A stretch of 62,877 bases of DNA, counting the filler, from an uncultured Synergistales bacterium (GTDB taxonomy: Bacteria > Synergistota > Synergistia > Synergistales > Aminobacteriaceae), in assembly GCA_937897575.1 (NCBI GenBank). It is 5 parts of 5 records of this genome, joined end to end, with 100 filler letters (N's around TTAATTAATTAA, not from the genome) between each part and the next. Parts side by side here need not be neighbours in the genome. Positions count along the whole stretch, not along the records: positions 46,583 to 58,347 come from CALCQG010000017.1; 4 more parts are not named here. One strand, given 5' to 3'. Numbering within the stretch: position 1 is the stretch's first letter; each line of letters begins with the position of its first letter. The position numbers were made by a program, and so were the translations under genes. This document shows, one piece after another, positions 46,583 to 57,173 of the stretch. The notes below the pieces were generated by a model. That model saw nothing but the letters and a program-made list of their open reading frames with translations. It was not told the origin of the DNA and did not search any database.

Positions 46583-46830
46583 GCATTTTCGGAGCCGCGT
46601 CGGTCCTTCTGAAGCCGGCGACCCCCGGCACGGGCGTCATCGCCGGCGGAGTGGTACGCGCCATCATGGAGCTCGGCGGAGTGAAGGACGTCTGCACAAA
46701 GGTCGTCGGACGGACCTCCAACCCCGTCAACGTGGCGTGGGCGACCATCGAAGCCCTCGAAGAGCTGCGTACTCCTGAAGAGATTCTGCACCTCCGGGGC
46801 AAAAAGTCCCCTGAGGCGGAGAGGGAATAG
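46583..46830 (+). CDS. rpsE: 30S ribosomal protein S5, C-terminal part
   Basis: [14 protein letters not shown]...[10 protein letters not shown]. Confidence 0.95.
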
Positions 46831-46840
46831 GAGGACATCC

Positions 46841-47026
46841 ATGGCAAAGCTGCACATCACGTGGAAGAAGAGCACGATCGGAAGGCCGCAAGGGCAGAGG
46901 CGCACGATAGAGGCGCTTGGCCTCAGAAAACTCAATCAGACCGTAGTCCATGACGACACGCCCCAGATCCGCGGCATGGTCAACAAGGTCGTTCATCTGG
47001 TGGAGTGCGTCTCCATCGAGAATTAG
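46841..47026 (+). CDS. rpmD: 50S ribosomal protein L30
   Basis: Sequence and spc operon order. Confidence 0.96.
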   Translation: MAKLHITWKKSTIGRPQGQRRTIEALGLRKLNQTVVHDDTPQIRGMVNKVVHLVECVSIEN

Positions 47027-47040
47027 GGAGGTATAACCCC

Positions 47041-47487
47041 ATGAATCTGCACGAATTGCGTCCTGCCTTCGGCTCCAAAAAAAAGCCCAAGCGCCTCGGA
47101 CAGGGAATTGGCAGCGGAACGGGCAAAACGTCCGGGAAGGGGAACAAGGGACAAAAGTCGAGAAGCGGCGGGGGAGTCCGCCCGGGATTCGAGGGCGGCC
47201 AGATGCCCATGATCCGGAGGATTCCGAAGCGGGGCTTCAACAACGCCCGTTTCGCGAAGACCTTCCAGGTCGTCAATCTGGAGACCATTGCGGCGTCCTT
47301 TGAAGCGAACGCCACGGTGACCTTCGAGGAGATGTACGCTCGCCGCATCGTACGGCAGGACAACGTTCCCGTGAAAGTTCTGGCCAAAGGGGACGTGGAC
47401 AAGCCGCTTATCGTCCGGGCACAGGCCTTCAGCGCTCAGGCAAAGTCGAAAATCGAAGCCGCAGGTGGCAAGGCCGAGGTGATTTAA
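47041..47487 (+). CDS. rplO: 50S ribosomal protein L15
   Basis: GFEGGQMP...PKRGF. Confidence 0.97.
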   Translation: MNLHELRPAFGSKKKPKRLGQGIGSGTGKTSGKGNKGQKSRSGGGVRPGFEGGQMPMIRRIPKRGFNNARFAKTFQVVNLETIAASFEANATVTFEEMYARRIVRQDNVPVKVLAKGDVDKPLIVRAQAFSAQAKSKIEAAGGKAEVI

Positions 47488-48777
47488 GTGCTCGACTCCT
47501 TCAGAGATGCATTTCGGCTGCCGGATCTGAAAAGAAGAATTCTCTTCACGCTGGCGCTGCTCTTCGCCTTCCGGGTCGGGACGCACATCCCTACGCCCGG
47601 CATCGATACAGCGGCAATGGCCCATCTCTTTGATCAGGGGGGAGTGCTCGGGTTCCTCGATATCTTCGCCGGCGGCGCCCTGCGGCGCTTCAGTATCTTC
47701 GCCCTCGGCGTCGGACCGTACATCAACTCCAGCATCGTCATGCAGCTCCTCGTCGTCATCTTCCCCACGCTTGAGAAAATGCAGAAGGAAGGCGAGGACG
47801 GGCGGAAGAAGATCGTTCAGTGGACGCGGATAGGGACGGTTCCGTTCGCTCTCATCCAGGCAGTCGGAATGATCCTGTGGCTTCGCAGCCTCGGAATATT
47901 CAGCGGGCACACGCTGGACGCGCTTGTGGCGATCAGCACCGTTACAGCGGGTTCGGTGGCCGTCATGTGGCTGGGAGAGGAGATCACGGACCACGGCATC
48001 GGGAACGGCATCTCCCTCATCATCTTCGCCGGCATCGTCGCCAGAATTCCCGAGGCCATCATTCAGAGCTGGAACATGATCCGTCTGGGACAGATCAACG
48101 TCCTCGTCCTGCTTCTTGCGCTGGTGCTCATCATCGCTGTCATCGCAGGATGCGTCATGCTCCAGGAGGGACAGAGACGTCTGCCCGTCCAGTACGCGAA
48201 GCGGGTCGTCGGGAACAAAGTGTACGGAGGGCAGAGCACGTTCATCCCCCTGAAGGTCAATCAGGCGGGCGTCATCCCCATCATCTTCGCCTCGTCCGTC
48301 CTGCTCTTTCCCTACACCATCGCGCGCTTCTTCTCGGGCAACGCGGCGCTCTTTTTCCAGAGGATATTCGCCCCGGGGAGCATCGTCTATACGATCCTGT
48401 ACATCGGGCTCATCATCTTCTTCTCCTACTTCTACACGGCGGTGGTCTTCAACCCTGAGGACATCGCAAACAACATGAAGAAGTACGGTGGGTTCATTCT
48501 CGGCATCCGGCCGGGAAAACCCACGTCCGAGTTCATCGAGAAGGTGATGGCCAGGATCACCCTCGGCGGCGCGGTGTTTCTCGCCCTCGTCGCTCTTGTG
48601 CCCAACCTCATGACCCAGCTGCTCGGCGTCAACTTCTACTTCGGGGGAACGGCCGTGCTCATCGTCGTGGGCGTTGCGCTCGACACAGTTCATCAGATAG
48701 AAGCCCAGCTTCTGATGCGCCATTACGAGGGAATCCTCAAGCGGAAGAGCAAAGGCTCCGGCCTGCTGCGCTTCTAA
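47488..48777 (+). CDS. secY: Preprotein translocase SecY
   Basis: SIFALGVGPYI, GIGNGISL, AGVIPIIFA. Confidence 0.97.
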   Translation: MLDSFRDAFRLPDLKRRILFTLALLFAFRVGTHIPTPGIDTAAMAHLFDQGGVLGFLDIFAGGALRRFSIFALGVGPYINSSIVMQLLVVIFPTLEKMQKEGEDGRKKIVQWTRIGTVPFALIQAVGMILWLRSLGIFSGHTLDALVAISTVTAGSVAVMWLGEEITDHGIGNGISLIIFAGIVARIPEAIIQSWNMIRLGQINVLVLLLALVLIIAVIAGCVMLQEGQRRLPVQYAKRVVGNKVYGGQSTFIPLKVNQAGVIPIIFASSVLLFPYTIARFFSGNAALFFQRIFAPGSIVYTILYIGLIIFFSYFYTAVVFNPEDIANNMKKYGGFILGIRPGKPTSEFIEKVMARITLGGAVFLALVALVPNLMTQLLGVNFYFGGTAVLIVVGVALDTVHQIEAQLLMRHYEGILKRKSKGSGLLRF

Positions 48778-48786
48778 AAGGGACCC

Positions 48787-49446
48787 GTGACCATGCGTAT
48801 CATTCTTCTCGGAGCACCAGGGGCCGGAAAAGGAACTCTTGCGGAGCAGATCAAGGCGAAGCACCCTGTCGCCCATATCTCCACAGGGGATATCCTGAGG
48901 GCCAACGTCCGAAACGGGACGCCCCTGGGCACCCAGGCCAAAGGGTACATGGACTCGGGACGCCTCGTTCCCGACGATCTCATCATCGCCATGATGAAGG
49001 AGCGTCTCGGAGAGAAGGATTGCTCCGAGGGATTCATCCTCGACGGGTTCCCGAGGACAATACCACAGGCGGAGGCGCTCGAGAGGATCCTCTCCGAATT
49101 GAAGCTGTCCGTCGACGGTGTCGTCCTTTTGGAGATCGACGACGAGACGGTGGTCAAGCGCCTCTCGAACAGACGGGTATGCCGTTCCTGCGGCGCGATC
49201 TACAATGTACTGTACAAGCCGTCGAAGAAGGGCAACCGCTGCGAGATATGTGGCGGCGAGCTCTATCAGAGGGACGACGATACGGAGAGCGTCATCCGGG
49301 GGCGCCTCAAGGTGTATCACGATCAGACGGCGCCTCTTATCGCTTTCTACGACAAGAAGGGCATGCTGCTTCGACTCTCGCAAACCGATGGCGCGGAGTC
49401 CCTTTCGGAGGCTCTCGACCGGATGCTCAGAGAAAGAAAAGCATGA
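48787..49446 (+). CDS. adk: Adenylate kinase (Zn-lid type)
   Basis: GAPGAGKGT, LDGFPRT, two CxxC. Confidence 0.97.
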   Translation: MTMRIILLGAPGAGKGTLAEQIKAKHPVAHISTGDILRANVRNGTPLGTQAKGYMDSGRLVPDDLIIAMMKERLGEKDCSEGFILDGFPRTIPQAEALERILSELKLSVDGVVLLEIDDETVVKRLSNRRVCRSCGAIYNVLYKPSKKGNRCEICGGELYQRDDDTESVIRGRLKVYHDQTAPLIAFYDKKGMLLRLSQTDGAESLSEALDRMLRERKA

Positions 49447-50219
49447 TCACACTGAAACGGGAGAAGGACCTCATCCCCATGAGGAAAGCGGGGAAGATCG
49501 TCGCCGATGTGCTCGACATGATCCGGGAGATGGTTCGACCGGGCATTTCAACGGCGGACATCGATAGCGCGGCGGAGGCCCTTATAATAAAAGCCGGTGC
49601 GACGCCGGCCTTCAAGGGGTACAAAGTGCCGGGAATCCCTGTCCCGTTCCCCGGGGCCGTGTGCACATCCGTCAACGACGAAGTCGTACACGGCATTCCC
49701 AGCCCCGACAGGATTCTGCACGAAGGAGACATCGTCAGCGTCGATGTGGGATCCTGCTACTCCGGATACTACGGCGACGCCGCCAGCACCTTTCCTGTCG
49801 GTCATATCGACAGAAAGACGATGAAGCTCCTCGACGTGACGCGGGAAAGCCTGGACCTGGCGATCGCCGTGGCGTTGCCGGGAAAGACGCTGGGTGACGT
49901 GGGGCACGCCGTGGAGAGCTTCGTCACGCCTCACGGATTCGGTATCGTACGGGAGTACGCCGGACACGGCATCGGAAAGCACCTCCACGAGCCGCCTCAA
50001 ATACTGAACTACGGACAGCCCGGGCACGGAATGATTCTCAAGGGCGGTCTGACCCTGGCGATCGAGCCGATGGTCATGGCGGGGGCGGAGGAGGTCGTCG
50101 TGGGGCCGGACAGATGGGTCGTCAAGACGGCGGATGGCTCGAAGGCCGCCCATTTTGAAAAGACCGTTTTTCTGCGGGACGGGCAGGCCGAAATACTGAC
50201 GCCCTGGTCGTGGAATTGA
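49443..50219 (+). CDS. map: Methionine aminopeptidase type I
   Basis: SVNDEVVHGIP, GHGIG..LHE, IEPM, AHFE. Confidence 0.96.
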   Translation: MITLKREKDLIPMRKAGKIVADVLDMIREMVRPGISTADIDSAAEALIIKAGATPAFKGYKVPGIPVPFPGAVCTSVNDEVVHGIPSPDRILHEGDIVSVDVGSCYSGYYGDAASTFPVGHIDRKTMKLLDVTRESLDLAIAVALPGKTLGDVGHAVESFVTPHGFGIVREYAGHGIGKHLHEPPQILNYGQPGHGMILKGGLTLAIEPMVMAGAEEVVVGPDRWVVKTADGSKAAHFEKTVFLRDGQAEILTPWSWN

Positions 50220-50464
50220 TCGAGTTCAAACGGCGGCTCGGGCGTTCGGACGACGCGGCGTACCCTGTAACGAGGTCGTTGCGCCGGATTGGGCCAGACG
50301 AGCGGCCCACGCTCCCGGAGAAAAAAGATATCTTCCTGGCATACTGCAGAGGCATGCGGATGGCCTGTTTTTGGAAGTTCTGCCGAAAAGGATGACTGAG
50401 GGAGGTTGTACACCAGTGGTGAAGATCGCCTGCAAAAGGGAGACAAAGAGAATGGAGAGCGCGC

Positions 50465-50686
50465 ATGGCCAATAAGGATGACGTTATCGAGGTCCGCGGC
50501 AAGGTCATCGAACCGCTCCCGAACGCGATGTTCAGGGTGGAGCTCGAAAACGGACATAAGATACTGGCACACGTGTCCGGCAAGATGCGACTTCATTTCA
50601 TACGCATCCTCCTGGGCGACAAGGTGTTGGTGGAAATCTCCCCCTACGATCTGACAAGAGGCAGGATCATCTACCGATATAAATAG
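50465..50686 (+). CDS. infA: Translation initiation factor IF-1
   Basis: [13 protein letters not shown]...[10 protein letters not shown]. Confidence 0.98.
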   Translation: MANKDDVIEVRGKVIEPLPNAMFRVELENGHKILAHVSGKMRLHFIRILLGDKVLVEISPYDLTRGRIIYRYK

Positions 50687-50830
50687 AAAATGCGGAAAAC
50701 GCACTGGACGTGTTTTCTTAAGAGGAAAAATCTTGTATAATTTAACGCTTGGAGAAAACGCTGAATTATCAAGGCGAGATAAACCTCTTTTGGAGGTCTT
50801 TGACGATAGAACCGAAGGAGCGTGGACGGT

Positions 50831-50956
50831 ATGAAGGTAAAACCATCGGTCAAGCCGATGTGCGAGTTCTGCCGGGTTATCCGGCGCAAAGGCGTGGTGC
50901 GGATCATATGCAGCAGGAACCCGCGGCACAAACAAAGACAGGGTGCAAGGAGGTAG
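50831..50956 (+). CDS. rpmJ: 50S ribosomal protein L36 (41 aa; absent from the ORF track)
   Basis: [41 protein letters not shown]. Confidence 0.96.
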   Translation: MKVKPSVKPMCEFCRVIRRKGVVRIICSRNPRHKQRQGARR

Positions 50957-50962
50957 AGGGAC

Positions 50963-51340
50963 ATGGCCCGAATCGCCGGTGTTGACATCCCACGGGAAAA
51001 ACGCGTCGAAATAGCTCTGACCTACATCTTTGGCATTGGTCTTCCTACCTCGAAGAAAATCCTCGCCGTCACGGGTGTGAACCCCGACACGAGAGTGAAA
51101 GACCTCACCGAAGAGGAAGGCCAGAAGCTGAGAAAAGAGATCGAGGAACACTACAAGGTGGAAGGCGACCTTCGGAGAGAGGTGTCCATGAGCATCAAAC
51201 GGCTCATCGACATAGGCTGCTACAGAGGGCTGCGTCATAAGCAGGGGCTTCCGGTCCGAGGGCAGAAGACAAAGACCAACGCCCGCACGCGCAAGGGTCC
51301 GCGCCGCACCGTCGCCGGCAAGAAAATGGCTACGAAGTAG
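50963..51340 (+). CDS. rpsM: 30S ribosomal protein S13
   Basis: [10 protein letters not shown]...LPVRGQ. Confidence 0.98.
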   Translation: MARIAGVDIPREKRVEIALTYIFGIGLPTSKKILAVTGVNPDTRVKDLTEEEGQKLRKEIEEHYKVEGDLRREVSMSIKRLIDIGCYRGLRHKQGLPVRGQKTKTNARTRKGPRRTVAGKKMATK

Positions 51341-51375
51341 CCTTCATTGAACTGAAGACAAGGAGGCTGGAATAA

Positions 51376-51768
51376 GTGGCCAAACGTACGGTTCGAAGGG
51401 GTAAAAAGAAGGAAAAGAAGAATATCAGCTACGGTGTCGCCCACATCTACTCGACGTTCAACAACACGATCATCTGCGTGAGCGACAAGGGCGGCAATGT
51501 CCTGGCATGGGCATCGGGCGGAAACGTCGGCTTCAAAGGGACGAGGAAATCGACGCCCTTTGCGGCACAGATCGCTGCGTCCCAGGTTGCGAAATCCGTC
51601 CAGGAGCACGGCGTTCAGGAGATCGACGTGGTCGTGAAGGGCCCCGGCCCCGGACGCGAATCCGCCATTCGGTCCCTGCAGGCCGCCGGGCTGCAGGTCA
51701 ACATGATCAAGGATTCGACGCCGATTCCCCATAATGGATGCCGTCCTCCGAAGCGGCGCAGAGTATAG
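51376..51768 (+). CDS. rpsK: 30S ribosomal protein S11
   Basis: STFNNT...[15 protein letters not shown]. Confidence 0.98.
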   Translation: MAKRTVRRGKKKEKKNISYGVAHIYSTFNNTIICVSDKGGNVLAWASGGNVGFKGTRKSTPFAAQIAASQVAKSVQEHGVQEIDVVVKGPGPGRESAIRSLQAAGLQVNMIKDSTPIPHNGCRPPKRRRV

Positions 51769-51801
51769 CCACCAGGTGGCCAAGGAGGGAATAGATCGTT
51801 C

Positions 51802-52434
51802 ATGAGCAGATACGTAGGGCCATCGTGCCGTCTATGCAAAGCTGAAGGGCTTAAACTCTTCCTCAAAGGAGACAGGTGTTATTCGGCGAAGTGTGCCGTT
51901 ACGAAGCGAGAGGCCGGCGCGGACAAAAAGCGCCGCGGCGGCATGCGGTCAAAGGTCAGCGAATATGGAATCCGGCTTCGTGAGAAGCAGAAGCTGCGCC
52001 GGTTTTACGGGATGACGGAGAGACAGTTCCTTCGCATCTATCAGATCGCGCTGAAGCAGCCCGGACAGACGGGGCACAACTTCCTCCAGCTTCTCGAGCG
52101 GAGACTGGACAACGTGGTGTATCGGCTCGGGTTCGCCACCAGCCGGAAGCAGGCGCGGCAGCTCGTGACGCACGGGCACTTCCTCGTAAACGGAAAGAAG
52201 GTCGACATCCCGAGCTACCTCGTGGACGCCGACGATCTGATCGCCGCGACGGAGAAGAGCCGCGAGATGACGCTCATAAAGGATAACACGGAGGTTGCGG
52301 CCGCTAAGTCGACTCCCCAGTGGCTCGAGCTTCACTCCGACAAAGTGGAGGGTAAGGTCGTCACCCTTCCGACACGAGATCAGATCGACGCGCCTGTGAC
52401 GGAGCAGCTGGTTGTAGAGTTCTATGCCAGATAA
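51802..52434 (+). CDS. rpsD: 30S ribosomal protein S4
   Basis: LERRLDNVVYRLGFA. Confidence 0.98.
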   Translation: MSRYVGPSCRLCKAEGLKLFLKGDRCYSAKCAVTKREAGADKKRRGGMRSKVSEYGIRLREKQKLRRFYGMTERQFLRIYQIALKQPGQTGHNFLQLLERRLDNVVYRLGFATSRKQARQLVTHGHFLVNGKKVDIPSYLVDADDLIAATEKSREMTLIKDNTEVAAAKSTPQWLELHSDKVEGKVVTLPTRDQIDAPVTEQLVVEFYAR

Positions 52435-52457
52435 TGGCGTGAAAGGTGTTGGAAGCC

Positions 52458-53465
52458 GTGGAACATTTACGTCCTGAGATTCGAATCGAGGAAAGCGGGC
52501 CAACCTTCGCGAAGGTTCACATCGAACCCCTTGAGAGGGGGTATGGAGCGACCCTTGGCAACTCTCTCCGCCGTATCCTCCTCTCGTCGATCAAAGGGGC
52601 GGCCATCACATCCGTGCGGATCGACGGAGTCCTGCACGAGTTCAGCACCATTCCGGGAGTGCGCGAGGATGTCATCGAGATCCTGCTGAACATCAAGCAG
52701 ATCCCGGTGCGATCCCACAGCGCCGATGTCCGGGTGCTTCACCTCGAAGCGGACGGTGAGCGCCAGGTCACCGTGGGCGATATTCAGCCGGACAGCGAGA
52801 TCGAGTTCATCCGTCCCGACTCGTTCATCTGCTCCATGGAGGAGGGAGCCCATCTCTCCATGGACATCTACGTGGAGCAGGGGAGCGGCTATGCCTCGAT
52901 GGAGCGCACGCGGCCGGCCTACCTCCCTGTGGACGCGCTCACCACCGATGCCATCTTCTCGCCCGTCCTGCGCGTGAACTACAACGTAGAGGCGGCCCGG
53001 GTCGGGCAGCATACGGACTATGAACGCCTCGTTCTGGATGTATGGACCAACGGCGTCATCTCGCCCGAGGCGGCCATATGCGAGGCGTCGAGGACCCTTC
53101 AGACGTACTTCGGCAATATCGCCGAGGATATCGAGAAGGCCCTTCCCCAGGATGTCACCCCCGAGGGAGAAGCCCTTCCGGCGCTGGGGGAAGTCTCTGA
53201 CATGGCCGGTGACGGAGCGGGCGAGGACAACTTTCTCTCCCGACCCGTCCGCGACCTCGAGCTGTCCATACGAAGCGAGAACTGCCTCCTCAGAGGCGGC
53301 ATACACACCATAGGCGATCTCGTGAGCAAGACGCGGGAAGACCTTTTGAAAATACGAAACCTCGGCAAGATCTCCATGCGCGAGATCGAGGAGAAGATGG
53401 AAAAGCTCGGACTGACGCTGACCATCAGCGCGAAGGACGAGACCAAGTCGACGAAGGAGGAGTAA
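52458..53465 (+). CDS. rpoA: RNA polymerase alpha subunit
   Basis: EPLERGYG.TLGNSLRR; alpha-CTD LELSIRSENCL. Confidence 0.97.
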   Translation: MEHLRPEIRIEESGPTFAKVHIEPLERGYGATLGNSLRRILLSSIKGAAITSVRIDGVLHEFSTIPGVREDVIEILLNIKQIPVRSHSADVRVLHLEADGERQVTVGDIQPDSEIEFIRPDSFICSMEEGAHLSMDIYVEQGSGYASMERTRPAYLPVDALTTDAIFSPVLRVNYNVEAARVGQHTDYERLVLDVWTNGVISPEAAICEASRTLQTYFGNIAEDIEKALPQDVTPEGEALPALGEVSDMAGDGAGEDNFLSRPVRDLELSIRSENCLLRGGIHTIGDLVSKTREDLLKIRNLGKISMREIEEKMEKLGLTLTISAKDETKSTKEE

Positions 53466-53469
53466 TTCC

Positions 53470-53823
53470 ATGAGACATCGTATGGACAGCCGGACGCTCG
53501 GCCGGTATGGCAGCCACAGGATGGCCATGCTCGCCAATATGGCGGCCAGCTTATTCCTTAAGGAACAGATATATACCACCGTGACCAGGGCCAAGGAGCT
53601 GCGAAGATTCTCCGAGCGGCTCATCACGAGGGCCAAGGGCGGCACGGTGTACGACCGGCGCCTGGTACGGTCCAAAATGCCCCACAAAGAGGCGTCCATC
53701 AAGCTCTTTGACGATATCGCAAAGCGGTATGCCAGCAGGCCGGGCGGATATACGAGGATCATAAAGACAGGACCGCGGCAGGGCGACGGCGCCCCCATGG
53801 CGGTTATATCGCTCGTGGAATAA
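53470..53823 (+). CDS. rplQ: 50S ribosomal protein L17
   Basis: RPGGYTRI...GDGAPMA. Confidence 0.97.
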   Translation: MRHRMDSRTLGRYGSHRMAMLANMAASLFLKEQIYTTVTRAKELRRFSERLITRAKGGTVYDRRLVRSKMPHKEASIKLFDDIAKRYASRPGGYTRIIKTGPRQGDGAPMAVISLVE

Positions 53824-53825
53824 CC

Positions 53826-54674
53826 ATGCCCTCCCATACGGTATGCGAACTCCGGGACGTAAGCTTCACCTATCCCGGAGCCGCAGCCGAACGCGGTACG
53901 AAGGTCCGTCCCGCCCTTTCCGGCATCACGCTGAGCATCAAGGACGGAGAATGGGTTGCCCTTCTGGGGAGCAACGGATCAGGCAAGTCCACACTGGCGA
54001 AGCATATGAACGCCCTGCTCGTTCCCACGCAGGGCGATTGTATTGTCTATGGCATGTCCACGTCGGACGCCGACCATGTCCCCGCCATTCGGAACGCCGT
54101 CGCCATGGTCTTCCAGAACCCGGAGAACCAGATCGTCGGGACCACCGTCGAGGAGGATACGGCCTTCGGGCCGGAAAACCAGGGCCTTCCCCCCGGGGAT
54201 ATCGCCCGAAGGGTGAACGACGCCCTCGCCGCCACCGGCTTGCGCGAAAAACGGCAGTCGCCCGTATACACCCTCTCGGGAGGGGAGAAACAGCGTCTCG
54301 CCGTGGCAGGGGCCCTCGCTCTGGACTCCTCCTGTCTTGTGCTGGACGAGCCCACTGCCATGCTCGACCCTCAGGGCAGGGCCCAACTGCTCGCCGTGCT
54401 CGCCGAACTCCACCGCGGCGGAAAGACGCTCGTCTCCATAACCCATCGGCTGGAGGAGATCATCCACTGCGACCGCGCGATCGTCCTTGTCCGCGGGACC
54501 GTCGCCTGGGAGGGCGCGGTGCCGGAGCTTTTCCAGTCCACAGAGGCCCTCAGGGAGTGGGGTATATTTATCCCACCCCTTGCCGCGCTCTGGAAGGATC
54601 TTCACGCCCGAGGCATCACCCCGCTGCCGTCGGTGCCATCGCTCCCCGAAATGGTTCAGGCACTATGTCCATAG
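53826..54674 (+). CDS. ecfA1: ECF transporter ATPase 1
   Basis: GSNGSGKS, FQNPENQ; conserved position. Confidence 0.9.
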   Translation: MPSHTVCELRDVSFTYPGAAAERGTKVRPALSGITLSIKDGEWVALLGSNGSGKSTLAKHMNALLVPTQGDCIVYGMSTSDADHVPAIRNAVAMVFQNPENQIVGTTVEEDTAFGPENQGLPPGDIARRVNDALAATGLREKRQSPVYTLSGGEKQRLAVAGALALDSSCLVLDEPTAMLDPQGRAQLLAVLAELHRGGKTLVSITHRLEEIIHCDRAIVLVRGTVAWEGAVPELFQSTEALREWGIFIPPLAALWKDLHARGITPLPSVPSLPEMVQALCP

Positions 54675-55504
54675 TCGTCGACCGGCTCTCGCACACCTAT
54701 CACCCCAATACGCCCCTCGAGACGAGAGCTCTGCGCGACATAACCTTCGAGCTGCAGCGAGGGGCGTGGATGTCCGTCGTGGGGCATACGGGCAGCGGGA
54801 AATCGACCCTGGTCCAGCACCTCAACGGCCTCCTGATCCCTCAGTCGGGCTCCGTCGTGGTGGATGGCATGGAGGTCCGGGAGAAGAGCCCCCACCTCCG
54901 GGCCGTGCGACGGAAGGTCGGATTGGTCTTCCAGTATCCGGAACAGCAGCTCTTCGCCGAGAGCGTTCTCGAAGAGGTGGCCTTCGCTCCCCGTAACTGG
55001 GGCGTGCCCGAGGCGGAGATTCCCGGGCTCGTGCAGTCGTCCCTCGCCCTCGTCGGCCTGGACGGGCAGTACCTGGAACGGAGCCCGTTCCACCTATCGG
55101 GCGGCGAGAAGAGAAAGGTCGCCATCGCCTCCGTCCTCGCATCGGCGCCTGAATATCTTGTCCTCGACGAACCCACCGCCGGCCTGGACTCCTTCTCGAG
55201 AAAGGAGCTCGTGGACCTTCTCACGGCGCTCAAGGAAAAGGGGTACGGCATCCTCCTCGTGACCCACGATCTGGACATCGCCCTCCAGGCGAGCGACGCC
55301 ATCCTCATCCTCAACAGGGGAGAGCAGGTCGTCCGCGACACCCCCCGGCGCGTCATCGAACACCTTCGGGGAGACCATATTCCGGGGCTCTCCCTGCCGG
55401 ACATCGTGACCCTTTCGGCGGAGCTCCACGACCGGACGGGAACCGTCCCCGTCACGTGGGACTGGCGTGTTCTCGCCCAGGCCATCGGGGAGATGAAGCG
55501 ATGA
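54665..55504 (+). CDS. ecfA2: ECF transporter ATPase 2
   Basis: GHTGSGKS, FQYPEQQLF. Confidence 0.9.
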   Translation: MSIVVDRLSHTYHPNTPLETRALRDITFELQRGAWMSVVGHTGSGKSTLVQHLNGLLIPQSGSVVVDGMEVREKSPHLRAVRRKVGLVFQYPEQQLFAESVLEEVAFAPRNWGVPEAEIPGLVQSSLALVGLDGQYLERSPFHLSGGEKRKVAIASVLASAPEYLVLDEPTAGLDSFSRKELVDLLTALKEKGYGILLVTHDLDIALQASDAILILNRGEQVVRDTPRRVIEHLRGDHIPGLSLPDIVTLSAELHDRTGTVPVTWDWRVLAQAIGEMKR

Positions 55505-56313
55505 AATTTCTGGACAACCTGACCTTCGGCCAGTACGTGCCGTCGGAATCACCGATCCATCATCTGGACCCAAGGTGCAAGATCGCCTGCGTTCTCGTCC
55601 TGCTGACCAGCATCTTCATGGTGCGTCACACCACGTCGTTCATCGGCTGGGGGCTTCTCCTTCTCGTCGTCACCTCGTTCTCCCGTCTGCCCCTGCGCCT
55701 TGTGGTGAAGACGGCCAAGCCCGTCCTCATCCTCGCTCTGTTCACGGCATCCATTCATATCTTTTTCACCAAAGGAACGCCGGTCTTCTCCCTGGGGATC
55801 ATCACCGTCACCCGAGAGGGGCTGCGCATGGCCGCCTTCACCGCCCTGAGGCTTCTCTTCCTGGTGCTCTTCGCCTCCTTCCTCACGCTCACCACGAAGC
55901 CCATGGAGCTCGCCGACGGCCTGGAACGGCTTTTCTCGCCCCTGACCCGGTTCGGATTTCCGGCTCACGAGCTGGCCATGATGATGACCATCGCCCTCCG
56001 GTTCATCCCGACGCTTCTGGACGAGACGGACAGGATCATGAAGGCCCAGCTCGCACGCGGAGCGTACTTCGACAAAGGAAGCCTGTGGAAGCGATTGAAG
56101 GCGTTCCTCCCCGTGCTCATTCCTCTCTTCATCATCGTCTTTCAGCGAGCCGAGGATCTTTCGACGGCCATGGAGGCGCGGTGCTACCGGGGGGGGAAGG
56201 GGCGGACACGGATGCACCCCTTGACCTGGAGGACGTCGGACACCATCGCCCTGCTCGGTCTGTCCCTCGTCACGGCGTTGCTCCTGATCGCGGACCGCAC
56301 CCTTCTGCCATGA
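55501..56313 (+). CDS. ecfT: ECF transporter transmembrane component T
   Basis: ALRFIPT, AQLARG, AMEARCY. Confidence 0.92.
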   Translation: MKFLDNLTFGQYVPSESPIHHLDPRCKIACVLVLLTSIFMVRHTTSFIGWGLLLLVVTSFSRLPLRLVVKTAKPVLILALFTASIHIFFTKGTPVFSLGIITVTREGLRMAAFTALRLLFLVLFASFLTLTTKPMELADGLERLFSPLTRFGFPAHELAMMMTIALRFIPTLLDETDRIMKAQLARGAYFDKGSLWKRLKAFLPVLIPLFIIVFQRAEDLSTAMEARCYRGGKGRTRMHPLTWRTSDTIALLGLSLVTALLLIADRTLLP

Positions 56314-57077
56314 GATACGCCGCTCGAGTCAGCTACCTCGGGACGGGCTACTCGGGGTGGCAGCGCCAGGCCCAGGGAAGAGGCGTTCAGGAGGAGGTCG
56401 AGAACGCCCTGCGCAGCGTGACGGGAAGGGACGTGCCGGTCACCGCGGCAGGGCGGACGGACGCCGGCGTCCATGCCCTCGGCCAGGTCATCTCCTTCAC
56501 CCTGGGGAAGGAGTGGATCCCCGACAGGCTGATCATGGCCCTGAACTTCTATCTCCCCGAGGACGTCAGCATCACGGGGCTGTGTTCTGTCCCCGACAGC
56601 TTCGACGCCCGACGGAGCGCCCTCTGGCGGGAGTACCGATATCTCATATGGCACGGCAACGCTCCCGCCCCTCTCCTCTGGGGACGGGCCTGGTGGAATA
56701 AGCAGCGCTGGGACTACGCACGCGCCCAGGCGGCCTGTGCGCTGTACGAGGGCTCTCACGACTTCCGGGCCTTCTGCAGGACGGCGGAGTGCCCGGACAG
56801 GACGACCCGGACGATCCTGCGGGCCACCTTGCACCGGCGGGGGCAGCTCTCGGTCTTTGCCGTGCGGGGGAACGCCTTTCTCACCAACATGGTGCGCATC
56901 ATGGTGGGAAACATCGACGCCGTAGGGCGAGGGCGGAAGGATCTCTCCTGGATATCGGAGCTGCTCGCGGGGCGGTGCCGGGATGAATCGGCCATGACCG
57001 CGCCGGCCGAGGGGTTATATTTATGGCAGGTCGGCTATGGGGAGGGTATTCCTTTTTCCCCGAAGAGGGTACAATAA
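56310..57077 (+). CDS. truA: tRNA pseudouridine(38-40) synthase
   Basis: GWQRQ, AGRTDAGVHA, FLTNMVR. Confidence 0.95.
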   Translation: MRYAARVSYLGTGYSGWQRQAQGRGVQEEVENALRSVTGRDVPVTAAGRTDAGVHALGQVISFTLGKEWIPDRLIMALNFYLPEDVSITGLCSVPDSFDARRSALWREYRYLIWHGNAPAPLLWGRAWWNKQRWDYARAQAACALYEGSHDFRAFCRTAECPDRTTRTILRATLHRRGQLSVFAVRGNAFLTNMVRIMVGNIDAVGRGRKDLSWISELLAGRCRDESAMTAPAEGLYLWQVGYGEGIPFSPKRVQ

Positions 57078-57173
57078 AGGGCAACCCCGTGCAGAGCCCG
57101 CAACGATCTCTGCACGACGACGGAGACCCTAAAGAGAGGCAAAGCGCCCTGTCGCTCAAAGGAGGAAAAGACC

